A stretch of 64,000 nt of DNA from an uncultured delta proteobacterium. GTDB lineage: Bacteria; Myxococcota; B64-G9. Below, piece after piece: positions 31,366-41,673 of the stretch. The DNA lies in the NCBI GenBank assembly GCA_963754925.1, contig CAVWHX010000004.1, forward strand, positions 1,184,001 to 1,248,000, in the 5' to 3' direction. The translations under genes were made by a program, and so were the position numbers. Position 1 is the first letter of the stretch. The number at the start of each line of letters is the position of its first letter. Under the pieces are notes generated by a model that was not told where the DNA came from, made no database searches, and was given only the letters and a program-made list of their open reading frames with translations.

Positions 31366-32514
31366 TTGAATATGGCTGATCATACTAACGTTGCTGTTCT
31401 TGGGGCTAACGGACAGATAGGATCTGTGTTGTTGCGACATTTGGCGCGGATACCTGGCGTTCATCCTATAGCGATATGCAGAAATGCCCTTGGTGCGGGA
31501 TTGATATCCGATATAAAGTGCGACGTGCGACTTGGATCTATAACGAGCGTAGAATTCGATCCAAAACTCATCGGTGACTGCGATTCGATGATCAATTGTA
31601 TCTGGCCGCAAGGGTCGATGAAAGCTGTCAAAAAGCAGAATGAGATTCTTCTTTCTAACATTCACGGCAATGCCAATCTAAAAAGGTTTATTTCCTTGAG
31701 CAGTGTGGCCGTTTATGGGCCCTGTATTGACGCCTCCTGGAGTACTTTCGAGGCGCCGAAACCGAATATAAGTTATGGTCAATTAAAGTTAGAAATGGAA
31801 AAAAAGATCGCTAAGTGTTTTGCCGGGTCCACCTGTAGATATCATTTGATCCGGCTTGGGCACGTATATGGAAAAGAACAATGGTGTTCACGAGCAATAC
31901 TCGGTTCTATTACGGACCATAAATTCAGATTACCTTTTGAAGGTGGCATGTCGTCAAACACAGTTCATGTTGATGAACTTGCGCATGGGTTGGTCTACCT
32001 GTTGTTGAATCCTCAATCATCAGGTGTCCTTAATCTTGCATCGTATCCACAGAAAACATGGCGTCAAGTATTCGACTTGCATTCGGAAGTATGCGGTCTG
32101 CCAAAAGTGATATCAATGGATTTTGACCGATCCTCGCAGTATCGTAAATCATTCATCTCAATTAGTAGAACTAGTTTGTTGAGAAAAAGTATACATGCTT
32201 TTTCCGAATGGCTTCGCTCTATTTCGCCGTCAGCATTACTTGACAATCCTGATGTAAAAGCGGTGGGTAGTATGGTACTTGACAGACTACCGGGCACGAT
32301 TGAACGAAGGCTTAAAGCATTATCTGCAATAAGAACCGTGCGCGGTCAAATCAACGCTTTAAAGGTAGCCCCTAGCGTGGACCTGATGTATTGTTGTGAC
32401 GCAATGCCGGGAAAGTATCTTGAAATTCCACCGCTAGATGAAGCCATTCTAAACAATCAGAAAAAAGATCTGCATGAGTGGTATAAGAAAGCAATCGTTG
32501 GACCAATAGGATGA
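31366..32514 (+). CDS. NAD-dependent epimerase/dehydratase (extended SDR)
   Basis: GANGQIG, SSVAVYG, YGQLK and RLGHVYG motifs. Confidence 0.82.
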   Translation: MNMADHTNVAVLGANGQIGSVLLRHLARIPGVHPIAICRNALGAGLISDIKCDVRLGSITSVEFDPKLIGDCDSMINCIWPQGSMKAVKKQNEILLSNIHGNANLKRFISLSSVAVYGPCIDASWSTFEAPKPNISYGQLKLEMEKKIAKCFAGSTCRYHLIRLGHVYGKEQWCSRAILGSITDHKFRLPFEGGMSSNTVHVDELAHGLVYLLLNPQSSGVLNLASYPQKTWRQVFDLHSEVCGLPKVISMDFDRSSQYRKSFISISRTSLLRKSIHAFSEWLRSISPSALLDNPDVKAVGSMVLDRLPGTIERRLKALSAIRTVRGQINALKVAPSVDLMYCCDAMPGKYLEIPPLDEAILNNQKKDLHEWYKKAIVGPIG

Positions 32515-32681
32515 ACGGAAAAATAATTCATAGAACGGCTGACACAAGATTTACTCAGATACTCATGATTCACTCCGGAAGAATACCACGGCTACTTTGA
32601 AGAAGCAGGGGGAATGGAACTAATTTATAAAAAAACGGGAAATGTAGTTGCGAAAAAGCTCGGCGAACGGGCTGCGCGATA

Positions 32682-34517
32682 ATGTGTGGGATATTCTCTA
32701 TCGTTGCTGACAATACCGCAAAATTTACTGGGGTTGTCGATCCGATGCTGAAAGCGCTTGCACATCGTGGACCTGACGCTTGCGGTTTCGCAACGAAAAA
32801 TGGCTGCATTCTCGGTCACACCCGCCTTAGCATTATCGATCTCACTTCCGGCGATCAACCGATGATGTCTGCCGACGATCGTTACACCATTAGTTTCAAC
32901 GGTGAGATTTACAATTTCCGCAAGCTACGAAGCGAGATGGAGCGCCTCGGCCACGGATTCAGGACATCATCGGACACTGAAGTGGTCCTTGTTGCATATA
33001 GAGTCTGGGGTGCCGCCTGTCTTGACCGTTTTCGCGGCATGTTTGCTTTTGCCATTTGGGACAACCGGGAGCGCGAACTCTTCGCGGCCCGCGACCTTTT
33101 CGGCGAAAAGCCTCTCTACTTCGCCGAGGCTCCCGATGGTGCATTCTTTGTTTCATCGGAGATCAAGGCCATCATTGCATCGGGGAACATCAAGCCAAAG
33201 ATCGACCCGAATGCTGTTGATGCCTATCTTGCTATCGGATATGTGCCGCCTGATCGCACGATTTATTCGAATGTGCAGACACTGCCACCGGGGCATTACC
33301 TCCGGTGGAAAAACGGCAAACACAGGATTGAGCGCTACTGGCAACCGATTCTCCATACACAACCTATCACGCTTGCCGATGCAGGGGATCGTTTACGAGA
33401 GCTCCTGCAGCAGGCGGTAAACCGGCAAATGGTGGCAGATGTTCCGGTGGGAGCGTTTTTAAGCGGCGGTCTTGATTCCAGCACCATTGTGGCTCTCATG
33501 CAAATGCAGAGCAACAGGCCGGTGAAGACTTTTTCGGTGGGGTTTGGAGAATATATAAACGAACTTCCTTATGCTCGAGCTGTTGCGCAGAAATATGAGA
33601 CTGAGCATCACGAAATAGATTTGGGAACACCGGATGTACCAAGGATGCTCCTTCTCATGGCAGAGGTTTATGATGAACCCTTTGCTGATACCTCTAATAT
33701 TCCAACCTATCTCATATCTGAGTTTGCCAGGAAGCAGGTGAAAGTCGTCCTTTCGGGGGACGGGGGAGACGAACTTTTCGGCGGATATAGTTGGACCTAT
33801 CCTATGCTCGTAAAGTCAGGAACAGTGCCTGAGTCCATGGTTTATTGGATTATGTTCAGGTCCTTGAGCAAACTATTGCGTCACCGTTGGAAGTCTCTCG
33901 CTCTTTACTCTGCGGGTTGCGGGCTTGCGGCCCGCTGGCCCGACATGTGGTCGCGTCAGATCATGCAGCATATTTATATTAAGAAAGAACAACGTCGACG
34001 TCTTTGGGGAAAGCGTTTTTGTGACGTTGCGTCATATTATCCGGATAATTACTATCGGCCACCCGAGGGTATTGAGGGTGTCAACCGGGGCTTCTATTAT
34101 GACCTTACCTCATATTTGCCAGGTGATATTCTGGTCAAAGTCGACAGAGCCGCTATGTCACACGGCCTTGAAACACGAGCGCCTTTTCTTGACCGTGATT
34201 TGGCCGAATTTGCATTATCTCTACCGGTGAATCTAAAAGTTGAAGGTTGGAAAACAAAAATAGTTTTACAGGAGTCGTGCAAACGTTTCTGGCCTGATGA
34301 ATTAAAAGGGAGAAAAAAGCAAGGCTTTGGTTCACCGATCCATGTATGGCTTGAGCGGAAAGAAGTACGTGACCTCATGAAGGAGGTTTTCTTACCATCT
34401 TCTCCTCTTTCAAACTTTCTTCCGGGTATAGGGTTTCGCAACCATAAGAATTTATTTGAAGATTGGATTCTTCTTGTCCTTGGTCTATGGCTTGAAAAAA
34501 ACAAGATTTCAGTATGA
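32682..34517 (+). CDS. asnB: Asparagine synthase-like amidotransferase (glutamine-hydrolysing)
   Basis: MCGI, HRGPD, NGEIYN, LSGGLDSS, SGDGGDELFGGY and RAPFLD motifs. Confidence 0.95.
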   Translation: MCGIFSIVADNTAKFTGVVDPMLKALAHRGPDACGFATKNGCILGHTRLSIIDLTSGDQPMMSADDRYTISFNGEIYNFRKLRSEMERLGHGFRTSSDTEVVLVAYRVWGAACLDRFRGMFAFAIWDNRERELFAARDLFGEKPLYFAEAPDGAFFVSSEIKAIIASGNIKPKIDPNAVDAYLAIGYVPPDRTIYSNVQTLPPGHYLRWKNGKHRIERYWQPILHTQPITLADAGDRLRELLQQAVNRQMVADVPVGAFLSGGLDSSTIVALMQMQSNRPVKTFSVGFGEYINELPYARAVAQKYETEHHEIDLGTPDVPRMLLLMAEVYDEPFADTSNIPTYLISEFARKQVKVVLSGDGGDELFGGYSWTYPMLVKSGTVPESMVYWIMFRSLSKLLRHRWKSLALYSAGCGLAARWPDMWSRQIMQHIYIKKEQRRRLWGKRFCDVASYYPDNYYRPPEGIEGVNRGFYYDLTSYLPGDILVKVDRAAMSHGLETRAPFLDRDLAEFALSLPVNLKVEGWKTKIVLQESCKRFWPDELKGRKKQGFGSPIHVWLERKEVRDLMKEVFLPSSPLSNFLPGIGFRNHKNLFEDWILLVLGLWLEKNKISV

Positions 34518-35686
34518 ATAGTTATACAATACAGCCTCAACAAACAAGTGACCCCAAGGTATCGGTGCTTATGGCTGTATATAACGGCGAGCGTTACTTA
34601 CGGGAGGCTATTGAATCGATCCTTGCACAGACTTTCACTGATTTTGAATTTTTAATCGTAAACGATGGCTCCACTGATTCATCACGCGATATTGTTCTTT
34701 CGTACCACGACTCCCGTATTCGTCTCATTGACAACCCGGAGAATATGGGCCTTACCAAGTCTCTTAATAGAGGACTTTCTTTGGCCCGCGGCGAATACGT
34801 GGCGCGGCAGGATGCTGATGACAGGTCTCACGCTTTACGTTTAGAGAAGCAGATAGCCTTTATGAATGTGCATCAGGATGTTGTACTAATAGGAACTCAA
34901 GCAAGAATAATTGACGAAAATGGCCGCACATTGAAAAGTAGAAATAGTTATCGAGCTCAAACGTATTTAGGAATTCTATTTCAGTTTTTGTTTGAGAATC
35001 CTTTTATTCATTCTTCTGTCATGTTCCAAAAAAAAGTAATATTGGAACATTTTAGAGGATACGATGAAAGCTTGTATTACAATCAGGATTTTCATTTATG
35101 GTCTAGTTTACTTCCCTCTTTTTTTGCATTAAATGTTCCTGAGCCTTTGATAGATTTGCGCCGTAATCCGTTTTCAATTACACAACTAACCCCCTCGAAA
35201 AAAGAAGCTTTCAAACAAAATCTTTATAAAGGTGTTCTAAAGCATAAGGCTAACATCACCATAATACTTGGTTCCGATTCCGATTATATTGATTTTCCAG
35301 CTATTTATTATAGAATAAACGATCCATTTATAGATGGTCACCATCCGCAAGCTTATAAAGCCATAAACAGGGTATTGGTTATGTATAACAAGTTTAAAAT
35401 AAAATACCCTGAATCAGATGACAATACAGAATTACGTAAGATTCTTATAAATGTATTAGACAATATCTTACAATATTTGGCATTGTATAATAAAAAAGCT
35501 GCTCTCCGTTCATATATATCTTTACTATTCATTTCCAGGGGAAGCATTCTAACGTCTTCGCCGAAAATTTTTGGTCTAATATTTTTTAACAAGTCAAGAA
35601 TAATAAGAATATTTATCGACCGCCTGAGGAGAATATCGTCAAGGTGTGAATTCTTATTTCACTGGACGACAAATGGCAAAGACTAA
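34514..35686 (+). CDS. Family 2 glycosyltransferase
   Basis: VSVLMAVYN, NDGSTD, RQDADD and HSSV motifs. Confidence 0.92.
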   Translation: MNSYTIQPQQTSDPKVSVLMAVYNGERYLREAIESILAQTFTDFEFLIVNDGSTDSSRDIVLSYHDSRIRLIDNPENMGLTKSLNRGLSLARGEYVARQDADDRSHALRLEKQIAFMNVHQDVVLIGTQARIIDENGRTLKSRNSYRAQTYLGILFQFLFENPFIHSSVMFQKKVILEHFRGYDESLYYNQDFHLWSSLLPSFFALNVPEPLIDLRRNPFSITQLTPSKKEAFKQNLYKGVLKHKANITIILGSDSDYIDFPAIYYRINDPFIDGHHPQAYKAINRVLVMYNKFKIKYPESDDNTELRKILINVLDNILQYLALYNKKAALRSYISLLFISRGSILTSSPKIFGLIFFNKSRIIRIFIDRLRRISSRCEFLFHWTTNGKD

Positions 35687-36701
35687 CTCTTTTCATAAAT
35701 TCCTAAATGCTTATCACTATTTTAGGGCTATGAAAGCAGGATCAGAATATAGCTCTCTCTATCCTATTTCTGTCGGATTCGAGACCACTGCCGTATGTAA
35801 TCTGCGATGTCCGAAATGCCCGGTAGGCCAAGAACTTGTCGTTGATCCCAAATTCAGTTTCATGGACATTCATCTTTTTAGGCGTCTTATTGATGAGATA
35901 AAGGACCATGTTTATTCCGTATCATTGTCCGGATATGGAGAGCCGCTAATAAATCCAAGATTATTTGAATATGTTGAGTATGCTAAACAAAAAGGCCTAA
36001 TGGTTAGTTTTTTTTCAAATGGTGTTGCTCTCAATGATTCACTTATTGCCAATATATTAAAATATAATATTGATAGTATAGCTTTTTCAATCGATTGTTT
36101 GCCAGAACAATTTCAATGCTACAGTAAACTTAAAGGCATTCCAATAAATGTAGCTAAATTGCATTTAGAAAAGATAATAGCAAAGATCTGTGATTTGGTG
36201 CATGCACGAGATATAGCTAATAATCAATTGAATATTTGCTGTGTTAAAATGGATACTGAAGGAGGAACACCTTTGGAAGAATATCAATCCTTTTGGCAAC
36301 AGAAAGGTGTTGATACGATTTCAGGTGGGATAAATGATTTTGCAGGTTCACTTCATAGAATAAGTCAAACAATGGAATTCAGCAATAATAAATGCTCTGC
36401 TTTATATTCTTTATCAGTTAATTCAGATGGTCGAGTTCCACTGTGTTGTATTGATTATATGTGTAAATACGAACTTGGTGATACAAGGAGGCAGACGCTG
36501 TCAGAAATATACAATGGAAAGAGGATAAGAGAAATAAGGAAAATATACTACTCTAAACAAAGGGATAATATTATTTGTGGACAATGTAAATCTCCATTTA
36601 GTGTGCCTAATACAATGCCATTAGTAATGGCGACAAAAGTGTATTTATCTAATAATGTTCCTAAGTTGAGAAAAATATATAAAAAATATTTTAGGAAGTA
36701 A
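35673..36701 (+). CDS. Radical SAM protein with SPASM/twitch domain
   Basis: CNLRCPKC, GYGEPL, and C-terminal C...DGRVPLCC.D...CGQC. Confidence 0.88.
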   Translation: MAKTNSFHKFLNAYHYFRAMKAGSEYSSLYPISVGFETTAVCNLRCPKCPVGQELVVDPKFSFMDIHLFRRLIDEIKDHVYSVSLSGYGEPLINPRLFEYVEYAKQKGLMVSFFSNGVALNDSLIANILKYNIDSIAFSIDCLPEQFQCYSKLKGIPINVAKLHLEKIIAKICDLVHARDIANNQLNICCVKMDTEGGTPLEEYQSFWQQKGVDTISGGINDFAGSLHRISQTMEFSNNKCSALYSLSVNSDGRVPLCCIDYMCKYELGDTRRQTLSEIYNGKRIREIRKIYYSKQRDNIICGQCKSPFSVPNTMPLVMATKVYLSNNVPKLRKIYKKYFRK

Positions 36702-36779
36702 CTAAATCTGAGTTCAATAAAACAAATATTTCGACGAGTAATTGAGAAAAGCGAATTTCTATCCACAGTTTATCGGAAT

Positions 36780-37573
36780 GTGAGGGATGAAATAAGGTTT
36801 TATAAAAAAAACCCCGTTCTCACTCCATTTGGTTTCTGGCTATCTGGAGATAAAAGTATGGAGATTGGCTCGTTCGAGCCCGAGGAATCAGAGATGATTA
36901 TGGATCGTCTTGTTGACACAGATGTATTTGTGGATGTTGGCGCAAACGTTGGTTTCTATAGTTGTTTGGCAAGAAGTAGAGGTAAAAGGGTTATTTCCGT
37001 GGAGCCTCATTCGATGAATATCCGGGCCCTCTTTAGAAATATAGAATTGAATTCTTGGAAAGACATAGAGGTTTGGCCTATTGGGTTAGCTGATTCGCCA
37101 GGCAGTATGACCTTGTGGGGAGGCGGGACTGGCGCCTCACTTGTTATGGGGTGGGCGGGGATCTCAACGTCATGGAAACAAACCATTGCAGTGAATACAA
37201 TAGATAATATTTTAGGTAATCGTTTTAGGGGAAACAGGCTTTTTATTAAGGTGGATGTAGAAGGTGCAGAATTTGGTTTATTGCAGGGCGCAATAGCAAC
37301 GTTAAAAGAGAACCGCGACCTATATGGTTGGTTGAGATCACACTTTCAATCCATCATCCTGGGGTAAATAAGAAATTTGGGAGCACTTTTAAAATTTTTT
37401 GGGATAATGGCTACTGTGCCTATGCAGCTAATAGCGAAAGAAAAATTGTCACGGAATCAGATGTTTCGCGTTGGGTGAGTAATGGGATCTGTGATAGCGA
37501 GTGTATAAATTGGTTGTTTGTTCCCAAACACATCCATGAGATAGACGGTACTAAAATCGAGGGTGTAATATGA
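36780..37573 (+). pseudogene. FkbM family methyltransferase split by a 1-nt frameshift near 37305
   Basis: VDVGANVG, VEP and KVDVEGAE motifs. Adding one A gives ..LKREPRPIWLVEI.. and joins the 37328-37573 ORF. The true start may be slightly upstream. Confidence 0.85.
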
Positions 37574-37803
37574 GTTACATCTAGCTCGAATATGGCGGAA
37601 CGTATATCGATGCGCGGATTTTTTTCAAGGACATTTGGGATTTCTTCAGCACCTGCAATCCTAACTATGCGGTTTTCAAGATATACCCCGACTGTCTCGT
37701 TTATTTTGATGAATATAAACAGGAAATGGATACTTTTCAGTACTCGAATTGGCTGTTTACATTGGACAAGAGTATAAATGGTTTCAATACGGTCACTTAT
37801 TAA
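37570..37803 (+). pseudogene. C-terminal remnant of an FkbM methyltransferase with in-frame TAG
   Basis: Reads MSYI*LEYGGTYIDARIFFKDIWDFF...DTFQYSNWL, matching the C-terminus of the 21845 FkbM protein (FEFGGCNIDTRTFFQDFWYFF...EQFRTLNF). Confidence 0.7.
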
Positions 37804-39007
37804 ATCGGCGCCTGTCCTTGGTGTAACGTGGTCGCGTTTTCGCCGCTCGCAACTTCATCATGAGTATCATCTGCGTAGGGAATATTATGCGAAGATTTTT
37901 GGAGAGCGTGGATTAAGTTATGATGAACGAGAAACGATAAAGGCTGTTCGGCAGCGTATCTGTGATAGAGGTCATACACCAATTAAGCGTGAAATCGGCG
38001 AAATACATACCTTTGCCTTGATACCGCTGTTCAGTTGGCATAAATATTTACTGCCTGATCTCAATGAGTTTGGTCCAGTCTCTTTATTTGATTATGTATC
38101 ACTTGGATATGACCCTGAAATCTTCTATGGAGGCCCTCAATGGACAGGAGAACGTATTCGACTGAGAAAGGAAATGGTTTCGCGGGTGTTGCCAATGATC
38201 AAGGATGCACATCGTAAACGACCGATAGATTGGATTTTATGTTATGGTGGCGGTCAGGATATTTCAGCGGCTGTTATCAAAAAGATTGTTGAAGAATATG
38301 GAATACCGACCGTCAATATGACTTTTGATGATAAACAGGGTTGGGTAGGTCCATTCTGTGGAGAACATTGCACCGGTGCAAAAGATATCACCAAGGAATT
38401 TGATGTGTTCTTCACCTCAGCGCAGGTGGCTTGTGAATGGCACCTTGCTGAGGGTGGCAGGGCAATTTATATGCCCGAAGGTTTTGATAATTCATACTTC
38501 CATCCAAGAAAGGTTGCAAAAGATATCCCCGTAAGCTTCTTAGGAGTATCTTATGGTTTTCGTATGTCCGTGATCAAGTTTTTACAGAATCATGGCATAG
38601 ATGTTCAGGCCTATGGCAATGGCTGGCCGAGAGGCTTCGCGAACGATCCTGCGGATATTTTTAACAGAACGGTCATCAACCTTGGCATGGGTGGCATCGG
38701 ATATTCAGAAAGCCTTACGAATGTTAAAGGCAGAGACTTTGATATTCCTGGAACCGGCGGAGGCGTGTATCTGACATCTTTCAACCCCGATTTAGCGAAG
38801 CATTTTGTTGTGGGTGAGGAAATTTGTTGTTACCGAAACAGAGAAGAGCTGCTCGAACTTATTCGCCATTATCTTCAGAATCGTGACGAAGCGGAAAAGA
38901 TCTCAGAGAGGGCAAGAACCCGTTCCTTAAGGGAGCATCGATGGTTTCATCGTTATCAACGGATGGCTGAGGTTGTTGGTATAATCCCTGAAAGGGTGTC
39001 TGACTAA
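37778..39007 (+). CDS. CgeB-like (Glyco_trans_1_2) glycosyltransferase
   Basis: VSFLG, YGNGW, INLG, KGRDFDIPGTGG and EHRW-x-HR motifs. Confidence 0.82.
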   Translation: MVSIRSLIKSAPVLGVTWSRFRRSQLHHEYHLRREYYAKIFGERGLSYDERETIKAVRQRICDRGHTPIKREIGEIHTFALIPLFSWHKYLLPDLNEFGPVSLFDYVSLGYDPEIFYGGPQWTGERIRLRKEMVSRVLPMIKDAHRKRPIDWILCYGGGQDISAAVIKKIVEEYGIPTVNMTFDDKQGWVGPFCGEHCTGAKDITKEFDVFFTSAQVACEWHLAEGGRAIYMPEGFDNSYFHPRKVAKDIPVSFLGVSYGFRMSVIKFLQNHGIDVQAYGNGWPRGFANDPADIFNRTVINLGMGGIGYSESLTNVKGRDFDIPGTGGGVYLTSFNPDLAKHFVVGEEICCYRNREELLELIRHYLQNRDEAEKISERARTRSLREHRWFHRYQRMAEVVGIIPERVSD

Positions 39008-39009
39008 CG

Positions 39010-39982
39010 ATGCCTCCATACTTCAGCATTATCATACCAATGTATAATCGTGAACGTTTTATTGCACGAGCAATTAACAGTTGTCTGAAGCAGGACTTTG
39101 TGGACTTCGAGATTATTATTGTGGATGATGGTTCTACGGACCAATCGGTGAGATTCGTGGAGCGAATTTAAAGACTCGAGGATAAGACTTATTAAACACG
39201 AAAATAATCAGGAACGCTTAATAGCAAGAAATACGGGTGCAAAGGTCGCTTTAGGCCAATGGTTAATTTGGTTCGATAGTGATGACGAACTTGTGCCCGA
39301 TGCGCTCACCATCATAATGCGAAGAATACGCGAACTTCCCGGTGATGTGCTAGGGTTACGTTTTATGTGTCGTCTTGATTCAGGACGAATCTCTCCGGAT
39401 CCGCCCCACCGTAATGAAATATGGGATTACGAGGGGTATATTCGTTGGCTGGAGTCACATCACGGGAAATGGTCTGAAGCTATGCCCATTGTGAATAAAC
39501 AAACGATTCAATATGTGCTTTTTCCAGAAGACAAGGCATATACCGGCGAAACTCAATATCATCTCGACTTCACATACCGTTATAAGGTGATTGCTTGTGA
39601 CGATGTCTTAAGACGTTACCATCTTGATGCGGAGAATAATACATGGCACCCTAACATAAAGAGAACAATCTTAAATTCCGCTATTTTCGCTGCACGGTTA
39701 CAAAAGATTGTTGCCGTTCACGGAAATAGCATAAGAAAATGGGCGCCGCAGACCTATGCAATGCTTCTTACAGGAATGCTTACCCAATTGCTTCTTTCAG
39801 GACAAAAGAAAAAGGCATGGGGTATTTTTAAACAAGCATTGAACATGGGAAGCTGTAATCCTCGGACGTGGGTAATCATGCTTTTCGGAATAATCAATCC
39901 TTTTTTACTTGCTTGCTTAAAAGCAACGTATTCAAGGATATCGTTTTTGAGCACGTCGGCATCTATTACGAATTCATTATAA
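39010..39982 (+). pseudogene. Family 2 glycosyltransferase split by a frameshift near 39165
   Basis: MPPYFSIIIPMYNR...VDDGSTD in one frame; KDSRIRLI...ARNTG...FDSDDEL continues in the frame of the 39293 ORF. Confidence 0.85.
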
Positions 39983-40032
39983 CAATGGAAATAACCATTG
40001 GCTTCTTTGTTTCGTAATTCACATGGCTGAGA

Positions 40033-41509
40033 ATGACTATTAAAAATAGAACTATACCAATACTTTTTGTCTCGTTGTTACTAAGTGGCGTTGCGCTTGC
40101 CTTTATGACTGCAGATGAACGTTATGTTGCGGCGCCTGCTTTAGCTTGCATCAATATGATGCTCTGGCTGTGGATGACATTGTGGGATCGTGATGGTAAG
40201 ATTCCATTTTTTGATGTGGGTGTGTTCTGCGCCTTGGCCACACTTGTTTATATCGTCTATCCCCTTATAAATTTCTGGTTTGATGGTCTGCAATTTAGTT
40301 TTCTTAGTGATTACCGATTGCAGTCGTATCATATCTCATCGGTCGACCTTGGTCTCTTCCATCTGCGCCACGTGCTGTATTTCTTTTCATTCGTGGTTTT
40401 CTTATTCAATGTTTCGAGGAAAAGGAGTTGTAGAATTAGGTAATGTTGGCAATCCGAGTCGATCTCAGCAGAAAGTCATATTTCTCTTTTTTCTGTTATT
40501 GAGTGGTTATTTCTTTGCTTTGGAGTTAATAACTGATGTTGATTACTATGTTACCTATCAACCAGAGGCAATTGGAAGAAATATAAAAGCTTTTGCGAGT
40601 ATGCCTCTCCTTTTATTGCAAATATCAAATAAGTTATTTGGTATTCTTTTCGTCTTCAAGCTAGCAATACTCTATATCGTTGTAAGTCAGTGTAAGAAAA
40701 ATAAGTGGTTCTTTATTTTGCTTTTATGGGTTACGGCAGAGATTATTCAGGCGGTTTATATCAAAGGAGCTCGTTCTGGTTTAGTGTTTTTAATTTTGGC
40801 AACAGCTCTATTCTACCATCGGATGATAAAGCCTCTCAATACTAAATATTTGGTGATCTCAGGGATGGTGTTTTTTACATTATTTATTTATATGGGCCTT
40901 TATCGTTCATACACTGACATTGCTGATATGCAAGCTGATATAGCTCGTAGTGAAGCAGGAGTATTATCAAGCGGAAGCGAGTTCCAGGCATTGCTTGGAA
41001 CCGCGTATGATGTATATAAGAGGAAAGAGGCGGGGGCTAAATTACCTTGGTATTTATATATTAACGATATTATGACAATACTTCCCCCACAACAATTGAT
41101 GCCCTTTAAAAAGGTTTTAGCAGCCGACTGGTATTTGGAGGAGATTGGTTTGGGTGGAAAAGGTGTCGGCTTTATGTGGGGAGTTATTAGTCAGGCAATT
41201 GTAGGGTTGGATTGGTTTGAGCTTGCTATACGAGGCGCGATATTGGGATTTATCTTGGCTCGATTTCACCGTTGGTACCTAAGACATAAGACAAGGTTTT
41301 TGGAAACATTGCTCTATGTGTATATGTGTCTTCGAGTATATTACACATACAGAGACACAACATTAAGCATTCTGGCATTTGTTGTTTGGGAGGTCATTCC
41401 ATTCTATCTAGTTTTACGAATTAGCAGTGTGCGCAAGAAAAGAAATACAATTCCGTTCCGTACAGCAATACAGAATAATGTACAAGATATGCAAAATACA
41501 CATATTTAG
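40033..41509 (+). pseudogene. wzy: Probable Wzy polymerase split by a frameshift near 40398
   Basis: Many TM segments, G-x-RS motif, large periplasmic loop, located in a Wzx locus. Removing one T joins the two ORFs. Confidence 0.65.
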
Positions 41510-41673
41510 AGATATCAATCCAGCTTCTGATTCAATAAGGGCCATTGGCAGTAGTAATGAGCAACATAGTACTTATAAATGATTTAATTTGGATGTAAAT
41601 GGATATAAATAAAATAATATATTAATAATGATGTTGAGATCTAACAAGATGACTTCTAGAAAAAAAAGATATT

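Noticed and set aside
37582..37584. TAG as pyrrolysine or read-through codon
   Set aside because: The fragment lacks the SAM-binding domain, and no pyl genes are in the window.
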